DNA of 64,000 bases from an uncultured delta proteobacterium (lineage in GTDB: Bacteria > Desulfobacterota > RBG-13-43-22). The notes under the pieces were generated by a model that did no database searches, was not told the origin of the DNA, and saw only the letters and a program-made list of their open reading frames with translations. Location of the stretch: NCBI GenBank assembly GCA_963790475.1, contig CAWBOS010000012.1, positions 160,001-224,000 of the forward strand. Direction: 5' to 3'. The translations under genes were made by a program, and so were the position numbers. Below, in pieces: positions 51,419 through 61,860 of this stretch. Numbering within the stretch: position 1 is the first letter of the stretch; every line of letters starts with the position of its first letter.

Positions 51419-52880
51419 TGGCCTTCCTCCTTAAATATTCTTTCATTAAGGCCTGCAATTCCGGAAGGACTTTCTGGCCTTCCGGTGTGGAGATGAGGTT
51501 GTGCATGGTGCGGGGATCTTTTTGGATATCGAAAAGCTCTGCTGGTTTATTATTCCGATATTCCACATAAAGAAAACGGTCGGTTCTCACCGCATCCCAC
51601 TCGGGAACACTGTAGGGAAAATCTTTGAAGTATTCCAGATGGACGGAAGAGCGATGAGAGAAATTATTATTGCCCAATAAAATGGGCACTAAACTCATGC
51701 CCTGCATGGTCCCCGGAGACCTGCAAGCCCGGCCAGGTCCAGGAGTGTCGGCGCCATATCGATACTGAGGGCCAATTCTCCGCTGGTTCTTCCGGGATTT
51801 TTTATTTTTGCCGGATAACGCACGATAAGGGGAATTCGCGTCGCCTCTTCATAGGGGAATCTTTTGTCGATCAATTGTTTTTCACCCCAGAAATATCCGT
51901 TGTCGCTGGTATAAACAACAATGGTATTTTCGGCGATCCCCAAGCGTTCCAACTCGGACAGGACCCGTCCGATCTGCTGGTCCATGGCCGTAATGACCCG
52001 GTGGTAATCCAGGTATTTTTCCCCCACACTGCCTATCACGCCGTAATAGCCACTCCCTTCTTTGCGATTAATCCAGGAATGGTACTCGGGAGGAAGGGTG
52101 CGGCTCACATCGGCATCCTTATAGAGATTTTTTAGTTCGTGAGGCGGGGTAAAGGGCTGGTGCGGGGCCTTGTGGGCCAGATAAACACAGAAGGGACCTT
52201 CCTTTTCCTTGCGGATAAAGTCCAGGGCCAGATCCGTTAAATCCTCGGTCAGGTATTTCCCCTTTCTTTCCGTAACGACCCCATCGATGATCAAAGGACA
52301 GTCAAAATAAATCCCCTGCCCACCGGAAGCGGTAAAGGTAACGAATCGATCGACGGCCTTTCCCAAAAGATTCGGCAGTCTGCCGGGCATATGCCATTTG
52401 CCGAAAAAGGCATTTTTATATCCGGCCTTCTTGAGAAGCTCCAAAAAGGTGACATTCTTATCATTCCAGGGCGTATAATTATTTTTTACGCCGTGGCGAT
52501 GGGCGTATTGGCCGGTCAGGAAACATCCCCGCGAAGGGCTGCATAAAGGGGTCGCGGCAAAGGTGTTGGTGAATTTTACCCCTTCTTTGGCCAACCGATC
52601 GAGATGTGGGGGTTTTGATAAAGGGATGCCCGGTGTTGCCCATGGTATCGGCCCGATGGTCGTCGGAAAGGATAAAGACAATGTTCGGTTTCTTTTCCGG
52701 GATTGGCCCTTTTCCCGCCCCCAAAACCCGGGAGACCAGGCCGAAGTCGGTCGCCCCAACCGCCAGAGCGCCCCCGATGATCTTGAGTGTTTGGCGTCTG
52801 GAGACCTGGTGATCGGAAAATTTGAAGTTCCCCAATAGGAATTTCGTTCTCTCCTTGTGAAGGCTCATTTTCACGCCCAT
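51411..52880 (-). CDS. Cys-type sulfatase (formylglycine), Tat-like leader, frameshifted
   Basis: KPNIVFILSDDHR, CSPSRGCFLTG (CxPxR), GKWH, YTSDNG, ELFD..KDP; three frames. Confidence 0.85.
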
Positions 52881-52921
52881 TCCGGGATTCTTTTCGTTAA
52901 AGGCCCTCCGAAGGCCTTTGG

Positions 52922-54146
52922 CTAGTTCAACGTTTGGCGCAGATTCTCACCTCCTGTCATCTCCATTAAAGCTTGCTTTTTCAGATCATCAGGCAGATTG
53001 TGGTTTGCCTCCCGGATGACCACCTTGGGTACGCCGTTGAAAACATGATAGGCCCGATTGAGGACCCGGTCATCCCAGATGGTCTTCAAATCGTTTTTAC
53101 TAAGTCTATCGGCGACGAGGGTCGGCTTCAGACCGCCCAATTTATGGACGACCCAGTAATTGCCCAGCCAGGCTACCAATGGGACTGTTATCGACAAACT
53201 GGCCCTTTTTATCCGCCGGAATATGGTGCCGGTTTTCCAAGCAGCCAGGCCAGGGACACCATGTCGTGGGCCACAACGGATTCGGAGGCGATTACCAGAC
53301 CGATTTCCGGTTGATGAACATACCCGGCATCAGGACCGAAGGTGGTTAGAATTTTATCGGCCGCGGAAATTACCAGACGCTGTTTCTTTACCAGGATTTG
53401 GGCGGTGTTGGCCTCGGCCGTTTTCTCGTGGAAGGTGGAGGCGTCCCGATGGTATTCCAGGCGCGTGTCCGTGCGCCAGTAGCCCACCGCCGCCTTCAGG
53501 CCCAGGCTGGCTCCGGCCAGGACATGGCGGCCGCAACGGGGCATGAGGATGATATGATCGACCTCTTTCAAAATATTGGGCATCATCAGACCGCGCTTCC
53601 AGTTGGTGCCCGTGACCATGGGGTCTTCATAAAAACTGTTCCATCCGCCTTCTTCAAAAAAATGAAGCTCTCCGCCGGCTGTTTGAACTGCAAAGGCCAT
53701 ACCGGAGGTTTCCATGAGTTTCCGTGTGCTGCCGGAAAGACCGTCTTGGTGAGAGTTTTACGTGCTCGATACCGGACATGTCACCCACGATCACCCGGCG
53801 GGCCCCTTTTTCCTTGAGAAGGCTGATAATGGCGGCGATGGCCAGGGGACTGGTAGTGGAAGGATAGGGTTTGCCTGAATTCAGGGCCGGTTTGATGAAA
53901 ACCGAGTCTCCCTTAGATAACCAGGAAAAATCCGTGGCAGCCAGGGCCGCTTCTCGAACGGCTGTTTTTATGGTCTCCCCGGAAGACCCCTTGGGGACTC
54001 CAGCCAGAAAAACCTCTATTTCCTTTTTTGAAATGGGTGGCTTGTCCTTCATGGGGACCCGCGGAGATACCGAAACTCTTGGAATTAGAAAAAACCCCAC
54101 CAACGGTTACCACGGCCACCCCTTTTAAAAAATCTCTTCGTCTCAT
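52922..54146 (-). CDS. DUF362 domain protein with Tat signal, frameshifted
   Basis: MRRRDFLKG; VFIKPALNS...TTSP, VIVGD, MPRCGRH...SLGLK, GPD.G. Confidence 0.75.
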
Positions 54147-54854
54147 AAGATCTTTCCTTCAATCACGGTTTCTGGGTAGGATAAATTCGAGTGTTTTGTC
54201 TTAAAGATAAATTGTCATATCGACCGAAGGGAGATATCTTGTACCTTAATTATACTATTAACAGGCTCAAAATAATATCGACAGGCTTCTTCAACACTGT
54301 CCAGTCACACCCCAAAGACGATCTCTCGCAGAGCGCGCAGAGATCACAGAGAAAAATAATTTGTAATTGCCGTTGAGGGGACGGCAATTACAAAAACCTC
54401 GTTGCTACGCAAAGAAATCCCCGCCGGAGGCGTGAGGGGTTTAAAAAATCGCCCTCTCAGCGATTTTATAAAATATTCTTTCTCTGAGCTCTCTGTGAAC
54501 TCAAGCGACCGAAGAGGAGCGGGCGAGAGACCAGCCTGAAAGCCCCGAAAAAAGAAAATTATGCCTTCACATGTAAAAACAATTATGAGACCCGTTAATA
54601 ATTCAGATTTCTCGCTTTGCTCGAAATGACATATTATACGTCTATTAATGAGACACAACACTAGTTAATTTCTTTATAAAAGGAGCAATCTTGTTTGTCA
54701 ACGAAAACTTACTAAAGTTAATTGTAGTTAAATAAAATAATTTTTGGTTGACTTTTTTAATTTGTTTATCTACCATGATCTGAATCGGATTATTATCATA
54801 ATTTGATACAATCTGCCCCGAGATTATAAAAATCAAGAGATGGAGTTATAGATA

Positions 54855-55625
54855 ATGAACAGGACCACCTTAAAAGGCAGCAAAAAAGTTCGGGAGCTGT
54901 TGATTCAAAACGAGGTCAAACAGAAGCGGGAAACCTTTATGTTGGAACAGGCTCGAAAAATCAGCGCTGCCGAAGGGCTTCATGCCTTAACGCTCCCCCG
55001 GCTGGCCGAGGAAACCGGTTATTCCAAGCCCACGGTTTATAAATATTTTCCGACCAAGGAAGATTTGATAGTGGCCATTGCCGCTCAATCCTCGGCTATA
55101 CGGGCTTCCTATTATGAGAGGGCGGTCACCTTCCAGGCCAGGCCCCGTGAAAAACTTTACGGGTTCAACGCCTTGAATTTCGGTTTTCTCCATCCCTATT
55201 TCCGTGAAATGCTGGACTTTCATATCAATCGATTAAGTCATCAGGCTGCGACTGCCCGTCAGAAGGAACTTTTTGAAAACGAGAACCGGGTGGTGGAGAT
55301 TATAGCCGGGGTCGTTCGGGAAGCAATTGAAAAAGGTGACTTGAAGCTTCCGGAAAAGATCGATGAATATCAGATTATTTTCACTCTTAGTTCAACGACC
55401 TTCGGCGGATATGTCATGAGGGAATCGGATTCTCCGGTCATGAAAAAATGGTTTGACCGGATTCGTTTCCGGGACGGCGTCTTTGGGGAAATAGTCCTGG
55501 ATGGCCTGGGATGGAAACCGCTCTCTACGGAGTGGGATTATAAAGAAACCAGGAAAAGATTTTTTCAAGAAGTCTTTCCGGAATTGTTGGAGGCTTCAGA
55601 AGTCAAGAGAAAAGCCGCCGGGTAA
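54855..55625 (+). CDS. TetR/AcrR family regulator
   Basis: LTLPRLAEETGYSKPTVYKYFPTKEDL HTH. Confidence 0.92.
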   Translation: MNRTTLKGSKKVRELLIQNEVKQKRETFMLEQARKISAAEGLHALTLPRLAEETGYSKPTVYKYFPTKEDLIVAIAAQSSAIRASYYERAVTFQARPREKLYGFNALNFGFLHPYFREMLDFHINRLSHQAATARQKELFENENRVVEIIAGVVREAIEKGDLKLPEKIDEYQIIFTLSSTTFGGYVMRESDSPVMKKWFDRIRFRDGVFGEIVLDGLGWKPLSTEWDYKETRKRFFQEVFPELLEASEVKRKAAG

Positions 55626-55716
55626 ATTTTGATGGTTTTGTAACAATTCGGTTAAGGTCGGAATTCAGGAACCTTTAAATTACAACCAATATAGCGAGAA
55701 GTGCGGAGGAGAGAAA

Positions 55717-56763
55717 ATGGATAAAGAAAAACTGACCCCATTGGTAAAAAATCTGGTCCTGAGCTCCGGGGCGATTGCCGTTGGGATCGCGACCCCGGAA
55801 ACCCTTGAAGGGGGGCCGCCATCGACAGACCTCACTTATGTCCTTCCGGAAGCCAAGTCGGCCGTTGTCTTTGCCGTTCCCTTGGATCAAGGGGCCATTG
55901 AACGTTTCTTGAAAAAAGAGGATATGGCTTCGGCCAATATCGACAACCGCCGGGTCAACAATATGGCCAGCGGCCTGGCCTTGGAATTGTCGGAGTTTCT
56001 AATTATGAAGGGTTATAAATCCATCCCCCTGGTGGCCAATGCCACATACCGCCAGGACACCCCCAATGGCCCCTATGATGAAAAACCGCCAGTTTCCCAC
56101 CGTTATCTGGCCGTAAGGTCGGGGATCGGGTACTTTGGAAAGTCGGGCAATGTCATCATGGATAAGTACGGGGCGGCTATTATTCTGGCCTCCGTGGTCA
56201 CCGAAGCGGACCTGATCCCCACCGAGCCTTTGCCTCCTGAGGATAATTACTGCGATGACTGTCGTCTCTGCCAGTCGGCCTGTGCCTCGGGGCTGATGTC
56301 TCCGGAAGAGGAAACAACGGTCACCCTGGGAAATGTAAATTTTAATTATTCCAAACGTCGTTCCTATAATCGCTGCGAATACGTTTGCGGCGGATTTACC
56401 GGTTTACACCAATCCGGAAAGTGGTCCACCTGGTCACCGGGGCGGTTCCCGATCCCGGAAAAGGATGAGGATTTCCTGGGAGCCTTGATAAAGGCCGTCC
56501 CCGCTTACCGAAATAGAAAAAAATGGGATTACGGGCTTTACCATGCCCTGGTACCGGGGAACCTCCTGGAATTTACCTGCGGTCACTGCCAGTTCATCTG
56601 CCACCCGGACAAACAGGTGCGTCAGGCGCGTTATAAAATGCTCATCAACAGCGGGGTGGTCATCCAGGACCCCGACGGTACCTTAAGGGCCGTTTCACCC
56701 CAAGAAGCCGAAAAGCACTTATCGAATATGACCCCTGAGCAAAGGGCCTTGTATGAAGAATGA
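55717..56763 (+). CDS. QueG/reductive-dehalogenase-like cobalamin Fe-S protein
   Basis: SHRYLAVRSGIG.FGKSG, YGAAIILASVVT, CDDCRLCQSAC, RCEYVC, CGHCQFIC. Confidence 0.82.
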   Translation: MDKEKLTPLVKNLVLSSGAIAVGIATPETLEGGPPSTDLTYVLPEAKSAVVFAVPLDQGAIERFLKKEDMASANIDNRRVNNMASGLALELSEFLIMKGYKSIPLVANATYRQDTPNGPYDEKPPVSHRYLAVRSGIGYFGKSGNVIMDKYGAAIILASVVTEADLIPTEPLPPEDNYCDDCRLCQSACASGLMSPEEETTVTLGNVNFNYSKRRSYNRCEYVCGGFTGLHQSGKWSTWSPGRFPIPEKDEDFLGALIKAVPAYRNRKKWDYGLYHALVPGNLLEFTCGHCQFICHPDKQVRQARYKMLINSGVVIQDPDGTLRAVSPQEAEKHLSNMTPEQRALYEE

Positions 56764-56790
56764 TGAATTCGTAAAAAAAGGATATCAGAA

Positions 56791-58029
56791 ATGGAAAATA
56801 TGAATTTAGAAAAGATAAAACAGGACATCAAAGAAATCATTATAACCGCCGGGGCCAAAATCGTCGGGGTTGGAAGCCGGGATCGACTAAAAGATGCGCC
56901 ACCTTCCGCCGACATGAACTTTTGCCTGCCCGGTGCCGAAAGTTGCATCATCTGGGCCTATCCTCTCCCTATGAAAGCCCTGGAAAACTATTTTTCCAAA
57001 AAGGAAAGGATGAGTATAAAAAAAGCCCAACAGTTCAGCTACACCGGGGCCTGGACGACTGCGCGTATTATTTCCAAATTCATTGAAGACCATTCCGAAT
57101 ATAAGGCCTTTCCGCTGATTCCCAATGGGAAATACAGACCCCAGGAAAAAGCCCCCGGGAAATACCGGTCCCAGATGCAGTTTCCGGATTTCTCGCTTAG
57201 GTATGCTGCCGTGGCTGCGGGTCTGGGCCATATCGGTTGGTCGGGAAATCTGGTCACTCCGGAATATGGCGGATCGGTATATCTGGGAGGTGTGCTGACC
57301 ACGGCCCCGCTGGAAGCGGATCCCATGCTCCGGGAAAATCCCTGCAATCGGTGTAAAATATGCGTCAAGGCCTGTACCACCGGTTATTTTCCGAAAGAGG
57401 AAATAGAAGATTACCAGCCGGTCATAATCGGCGGCTTTAAGGAGGAATATTCCAAACGGGGAATTTATGCCCGGTGCGGCATAGGCTGTGCCGGGTGGAC
57501 CGGATTATCAAAGGATGGAACCTGGAGCACCTGGACGCCGGACCACATCTGCCTGATCGATAAGCCGATGGAAAAGGAAAAAGACCCCCAGTATCTGGGC
57601 CAGTTGATGACCACCCTTCTGGTCGATGAGAAAACGCCGAAAAATATCAGGGACTTCAACGAAAAAATTCGATATTCTTTCAACGTCATTGCCCGTGAAA
57701 GTGAAAATGTGGGGCTCCGTCCCCTGGCCTACACCAATCCCCGATGCGGCAACTGTCATTTCATCTGTGTCGGAGATCAAAAGAAAAGAACAGTACTCTA
57801 CAAGATGCTGACTACCTCGGGGAAGATGTATATCGATGAGGAGGGCAGGGAGTATGTCAAAAAAACAGATGTGGAGGGGAAAGAAACCGTTTATTACCCG
57901 CCTCCGGAAGAAGAATTTTTCACCAAAGAAGAATGGGACTTAATCGACGGGATTAGAAATCTCGATGTTTCGGATATTAAGGGGAGCCTTGGTAAACTGA
58001 ACAAATTATTTGAGCTTTACTATAATTGA
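56791..58029 (+). CDS. QueG/reductive-dehalogenase-like cobalamin Fe-S protein (paralogue)
   Basis: SLRYAAVAAGLG.IGWSG, YGGSVYLGGVLT, CNRCKICVKAC, RCGIGC, CGNCHFIC. Confidence 0.82.
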   Translation: MENMNLEKIKQDIKEIIITAGAKIVGVGSRDRLKDAPPSADMNFCLPGAESCIIWAYPLPMKALENYFSKKERMSIKKAQQFSYTGAWTTARIISKFIEDHSEYKAFPLIPNGKYRPQEKAPGKYRSQMQFPDFSLRYAAVAAGLGHIGWSGNLVTPEYGGSVYLGGVLTTAPLEADPMLRENPCNRCKICVKACTTGYFPKEEIEDYQPVIIGGFKEEYSKRGIYARCGIGCAGWTGLSKDGTWSTWTPDHICLIDKPMEKEKDPQYLGQLMTTLLVDEKTPKNIRDFNEKIRYSFNVIARESENVGLRPLAYTNPRCGNCHFICVGDQKKRTVLYKMLTTSGKMYIDEEGREYVKKTDVEGKETVYYPPPEEEFFTKEEWDLIDGIRNLDVSDIKGSLGKLNKLFELYYN

Positions 58030-58204
58030 CGAATTTGTAAAAAGTCACCGAAAGCCGCAAGCCAGTATCATGAAACTGTCCAATTTCTTCTGGACCCCGG
58101 CGTTCGCCGGGGTGACGACTTTTTACGAGTCAATCAAGCGACGACAACCAAACAATTCAGATAAAGGGTGGCGATCTTTCAGACTTCCTCAGGAAAATTA
58201 AAAT

Positions 58205-59038
58205 ATGAAAAAAATACTGATCGTCTTTCTAATGGTATTGGTTGTTCTGGGGCTGGCCTTGTGGTTTGGGCTTCCGGCCGGGTTAAGGGCCATGGGTCTG
58301 CATCCTCATTACAACGGACCGAAGGTCCAATTTCCGGGGGGCAAGGCCCTGATCATCACCACCAGCCACGAGCGGCTTGGAGATAAGGGATCAAAGACCG
58401 GGGTTTTTGCCTCCGAGATGACCGCCCCCTATTATGAGTTCAGTGATGGCGGGATGAAAGTCGATCTGGCCAGTATCAAAGGCGGCCAAATTCCGATCGA
58501 CCCCCTGTCCTTCAAGTGGTTTATAAAATCAACCTATGACGATCGCTATTTGAAGGATAGTGAGTTTCAGAGGAAAGTCAATCAATCTCTCCGGATCGAT
58601 GATCTCGATTTCACCGGCTACGACATCATCTATCTGGCCGGTGGGTGGGGGGCGGCCTATGATCTGGGCTTCTCCGAAGTGCTTGGGCAAAAAATCAGCC
58701 AGGCCTATAGCGCCGGCAAGGTCATTGGCGGGGTCTGCCACGGTCCTCTTGGCCTGCTCCTGGCCAAGGATGAAAACGGCGCGCCCTTGGTTAAAGGACG
58801 CCGCCTGACCGGGGTTACAGACAAACAGGTCAAGGAACTGGGCATTACTATGACACCCCAGCATCCGGAACGGGAACTGCGCGCTGCCGGGGCACAGTTT
58901 GAAAGCCAAACCGCTTTTCGGGATATCTTTGCCAACCATGTCGTAGTGGACAGGCGTCTGGTGACCGGTCAGAACCAGAATGCCGGGGCCGAGGTGGCCA
59001 ATAAAATGATGATGGTTGCCAAGGGAGGTCTGAGATGA
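58205..59038 (+). CDS. DJ-1/PfpI family (class I glutamine amidotransferase-like) protein with N-terminal anchor
   Basis: TGVFASE..APY, LAGGWGA, GVCHGP, LVTGQN. Confidence 0.88.
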   Translation: MKKILIVFLMVLVVLGLALWFGLPAGLRAMGLHPHYNGPKVQFPGGKALIITTSHERLGDKGSKTGVFASEMTAPYYEFSDGGMKVDLASIKGGQIPIDPLSFKWFIKSTYDDRYLKDSEFQRKVNQSLRIDDLDFTGYDIIYLAGGWGAAYDLGFSEVLGQKISQAYSAGKVIGGVCHGPLGLLLAKDENGAPLVKGRRLTGVTDKQVKELGITMTPQHPERELRAAGAQFESQTAFRDIFANHVVVDRRLVTGQNQNAGAEVANKMMMVAKGGLR

Positions 59039-60549
59039 ACACTAAGTCACCCAAGTCTCCAAGCGAAACGATCTTCCGGATTTTGGCCGGGCTGGTCGGC
59101 CTTTTATTTCTCATCCTCGGCCTTGGGTTTATGACCTTTCCGGACGTTTTTGCCACGGGATTTTCAGTCCAGCCGGCTACCATTCAAGGCCTGAACGCCA
59201 TCAGGGGTGATTTCGGCGGCCTCTTTCTGGGGATGAGTTTTTTTTGCTTTCTAGGGGCGGCAACACGACGTTGGTACTGGCTCGTTGTTCCTATTCTCTT
59301 TCTCCTGCTCATTATTACCGGACGTCTGATCAGTCTTGGCCGGGATGGGTTTTCCCTGACCGGGTTCAGGTCTTTAATCATTGAGGCTGTTTTGCTGGTC
59401 CTTTTGATCGGCTCGACCATAGTGCTCGCCTTGAAAGCCGGGCCCAACGAAAAAGGTTTTAGAATTAATGAAATTTTGAACCTCAAGGTCCTGGTAGGCG
59501 CAGTTGTTGTCGCGGTGATTATCACCGGACTTGTTCTTTCACAGAAAAAGATCGGTTTAGCCTTGGTAAATGGGATTGCGGCCAAAAGTATGGGCACTGA
59601 TGTCATTACCGATCTACCGGACGGGCTTCATGTCGCCCTTTGCGGTTCCGGGTCCCCCTTACCCGATCCGAGACGAGCCTCAGCCTGCACGGCGGTGATC
59701 GCCGGCAAAAACTTCTATGTGGTCGATACGGGACCCGGCAGCGAGAGAAAGCTGGAGCTCATGAGGCTGAATCCCGGAAAGGTGAAGGCCGTTTTACTGA
59801 CCCATTTTCATTCCGATCATATCGGTGATTTGGGTGAACTCATGTTGAAACGATGGACCGGGGGTTCAAGGAAAACGCCTCTGGATGTTTTCGGCCCCAC
59901 CGGAGTCGAAACCGTGGTCAAGGGATTCGATCAGGCCTATTCCCTTGACGATGAATACCGAATTATGCATCACGGTCCGGAAACGGTGCCACCCAGCGGG
60001 GCCGGGGGTGCGGCCAGGACATTTTCTTTTGCGGAAGGTAAGGAAGAAGCGGTCATCATCGATGAAGACGGCCTCAAAGTAACGGCCTTTCCGGTTGATC
60101 ATGCCCCTGTAAAACCGGCGGTGGGTTATCGTTTCGATTATAAGGGACGATCGGTGGTGATCAGCGGAGATACCGCACCCGTTCAATCCCTGCTTAACCA
60201 GGCCCGGGGGGCCGATTTACTGGTGCATGAAGCCCTTCAGCCGATTATGATCAGTAAGCTAAAAGGTATTGCCCAAAAAATCGGCCGTACCAACACCGCC
60301 AAAATCATGGGCGATATCCTCAATTACCACACCTCTCCGGAGGATGCAGCCAGGATCGCCGAGAAAGCCGGCGTTCGTCATCTCCTCCTGACCCACATCA
60401 TACCACCCCTTCCGGTTGCGGATCTCAAGGCGGCTTTCCTGGGCGATGCCAAAAAAATATATCGCGGCCCGATCACGGTCGGAGAAGACGGTATGCTTTT
60501 CAGCCTGCCGGCTGGAAACAAAAAAATCCAGATGAAGTGGCTTTTGTAA
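59035..60549 (+). CDS. Membrane (DUF4345-like) domain fused to RNase Z-like metallo-beta-lactamase
   Basis: About five TM helices then LCGSGSP, VDTG, THFHSDH, SGDT, LVHEA, YHT, LTH. Confidence 0.85.
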   Translation: MNTKSPKSPSETIFRILAGLVGLLFLILGLGFMTFPDVFATGFSVQPATIQGLNAIRGDFGGLFLGMSFFCFLGAATRRWYWLVVPILFLLLIITGRLISLGRDGFSLTGFRSLIIEAVLLVLLIGSTIVLALKAGPNEKGFRINEILNLKVLVGAVVVAVIITGLVLSQKKIGLALVNGIAAKSMGTDVITDLPDGLHVALCGSGSPLPDPRRASACTAVIAGKNFYVVDTGPGSERKLELMRLNPGKVKAVLLTHFHSDHIGDLGELMLKRWTGGSRKTPLDVFGPTGVETVVKGFDQAYSLDDEYRIMHHGPETVPPSGAGGAARTFSFAEGKEEAVIIDEDGLKVTAFPVDHAPVKPAVGYRFDYKGRSVVISGDTAPVQSLLNQARGADLLVHEALQPIMISKLKGIAQKIGRTNTAKIMGDILNYHTSPEDAARIAEKAGVRHLLLTHIIPPLPVADLKAAFLGDAKKIYRGPITVGEDGMLFSLPAGNKKIQMKWLL

Positions 60550-60846
60550 ATAAAACGAAATCATCTCATTTTTAAAAAACATCTTGTAAAAGGAGACCTT
60601 ATGAAAATTCTAATTACGGCTTTCCGGAATTGCGGTACTCCTTAGAAAACCCCTGGACCCCGGTTTTCACCGGGAAGTCAACCTCTTACGAGTTTATCAA
60701 AAGAATGTGCGGTAGAAAGGAGATTTCAAATATCTTTTATTATGCCGAAAAGAATACCAGGCCCTAGTTCATTATCGCACCGAGGCCCTTCTTGATTCAC
60801 GGCTCTATTGCACCATTCCAAAAGAATAAAGAGGAGGATGTTTATT

Positions 60847-61752
60847 ATGAAAACCTTAAGAACACCGGATGAGCGGTTTAAAAACCTGAAAGATTTTCCT
60901 TTTGAGCCACATTACGCCGAAGTTCCCGATGGAGAAGGCGGCCGCCTGAGAGTTCATTATATCGATGAAGGTCCACGAAACGCAGACCCGGTCCTGCTGA
61001 TCCATGGGGAACCGAGCTGGTCTTATCTTTACCGGAAAATGATCCCGATTTTGATTGAGGCCGGCAATCGGGTCGTCGTCCCTGACCTGGTGGGATTCGG
61101 CCGGTCGGATAAGCCTTCCCAACGCAGCGACTACACTTTTCAAAGCCATGTGGACTGGATGCAGGCCTGGCTCGACCAGGTGGACTTAAAAAGGATTACC
61201 TTCGTTGGCCAGGACTGGGGAGGGGTGATCGGATTGCGCCTGGTGGCCGGCCATCCGGAACGGTTCGCCCGGGTGGTGGTGGCCAACACGGGGCTTCCCA
61301 CCGGAGACAGCCAGATTTCCGAAGCCTTTTTAAACTGGAGGAAGTTTTCCATCGAAGTTCCTGATTTTAATGTCGGCCAGATTATTGCCATGGGATGCAA
61401 GACTTCCCTGGCTGAAGAAGTAATTGCCGCTTATAATACCCCGTTTCCGGATGATACCTACAAGGAAGGGTCCCGAATTTTTCCTTCCCTGGTCCCCATC
61501 ACCCCCGATGATCCGGCATCAAACGCCAACCGCGAGGCCTGGAAGGTCCTTTTGAAATTTGACAAGCCCTTTCTGACCGCTTTCAGTGACTCCGATCCGA
61601 TAACCGGCGGCGGAGATCGGATATTTCTGGAGAAGGTTCCGGGGACCAAGGGTCAACCTCATACCACCATCAAGGGCGGGGGACATTTCCTGCAGGAAGA
61701 CCGTGGTGAGGATTTTGCCCGGGTGATCGTGGAATTCATCAAACACAGTTAA
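60847..61752 (+). CDS. Haloalkane dehalogenase
   Basis: LRTPDERF, HGEPSWSYLYRKMI, GFGRSDKP, QDWGG (Asp nucleophile), GHFLQED. Confidence 0.92.
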   Translation: MKTLRTPDERFKNLKDFPFEPHYAEVPDGEGGRLRVHYIDEGPRNADPVLLIHGEPSWSYLYRKMIPILIEAGNRVVVPDLVGFGRSDKPSQRSDYTFQSHVDWMQAWLDQVDLKRITFVGQDWGGVIGLRLVAGHPERFARVVVANTGLPTGDSQISEAFLNWRKFSIEVPDFNVGQIIAMGCKTSLAEEVIAAYNTPFPDDTYKEGSRIFPSLVPITPDDPASNANREAWKVLLKFDKPFLTAFSDSDPITGGGDRIFLEKVPGTKGQPHTTIKGGGHFLQEDRGEDFARVIVEFIKHS

Positions 61753-61860
61753 TGCTTTAGATTTAGGAAAATGCATCAATTCAGTTCTTTGAAATAACTG
61801 ATAAGATGCGCTTCTTAAGAATTTATTAAAAACGAATGGCAGAAGAGTAGAAGGGGATTT

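Noticed and set aside
42734-54146. Additional selenoproteins or programmed frameshifting among the split genes
   Set aside because: The breaks inspected are frame changes or TAA rather than in-frame TGA with hairpins; indels are the simpler explanation
55717-58029. Calling these genes queG or respiratory rdhA
   Set aside because: Tandem divergent paralogues, no Tat signal or RdhB, atypical Cys spacing; only family-level assignment is supportable
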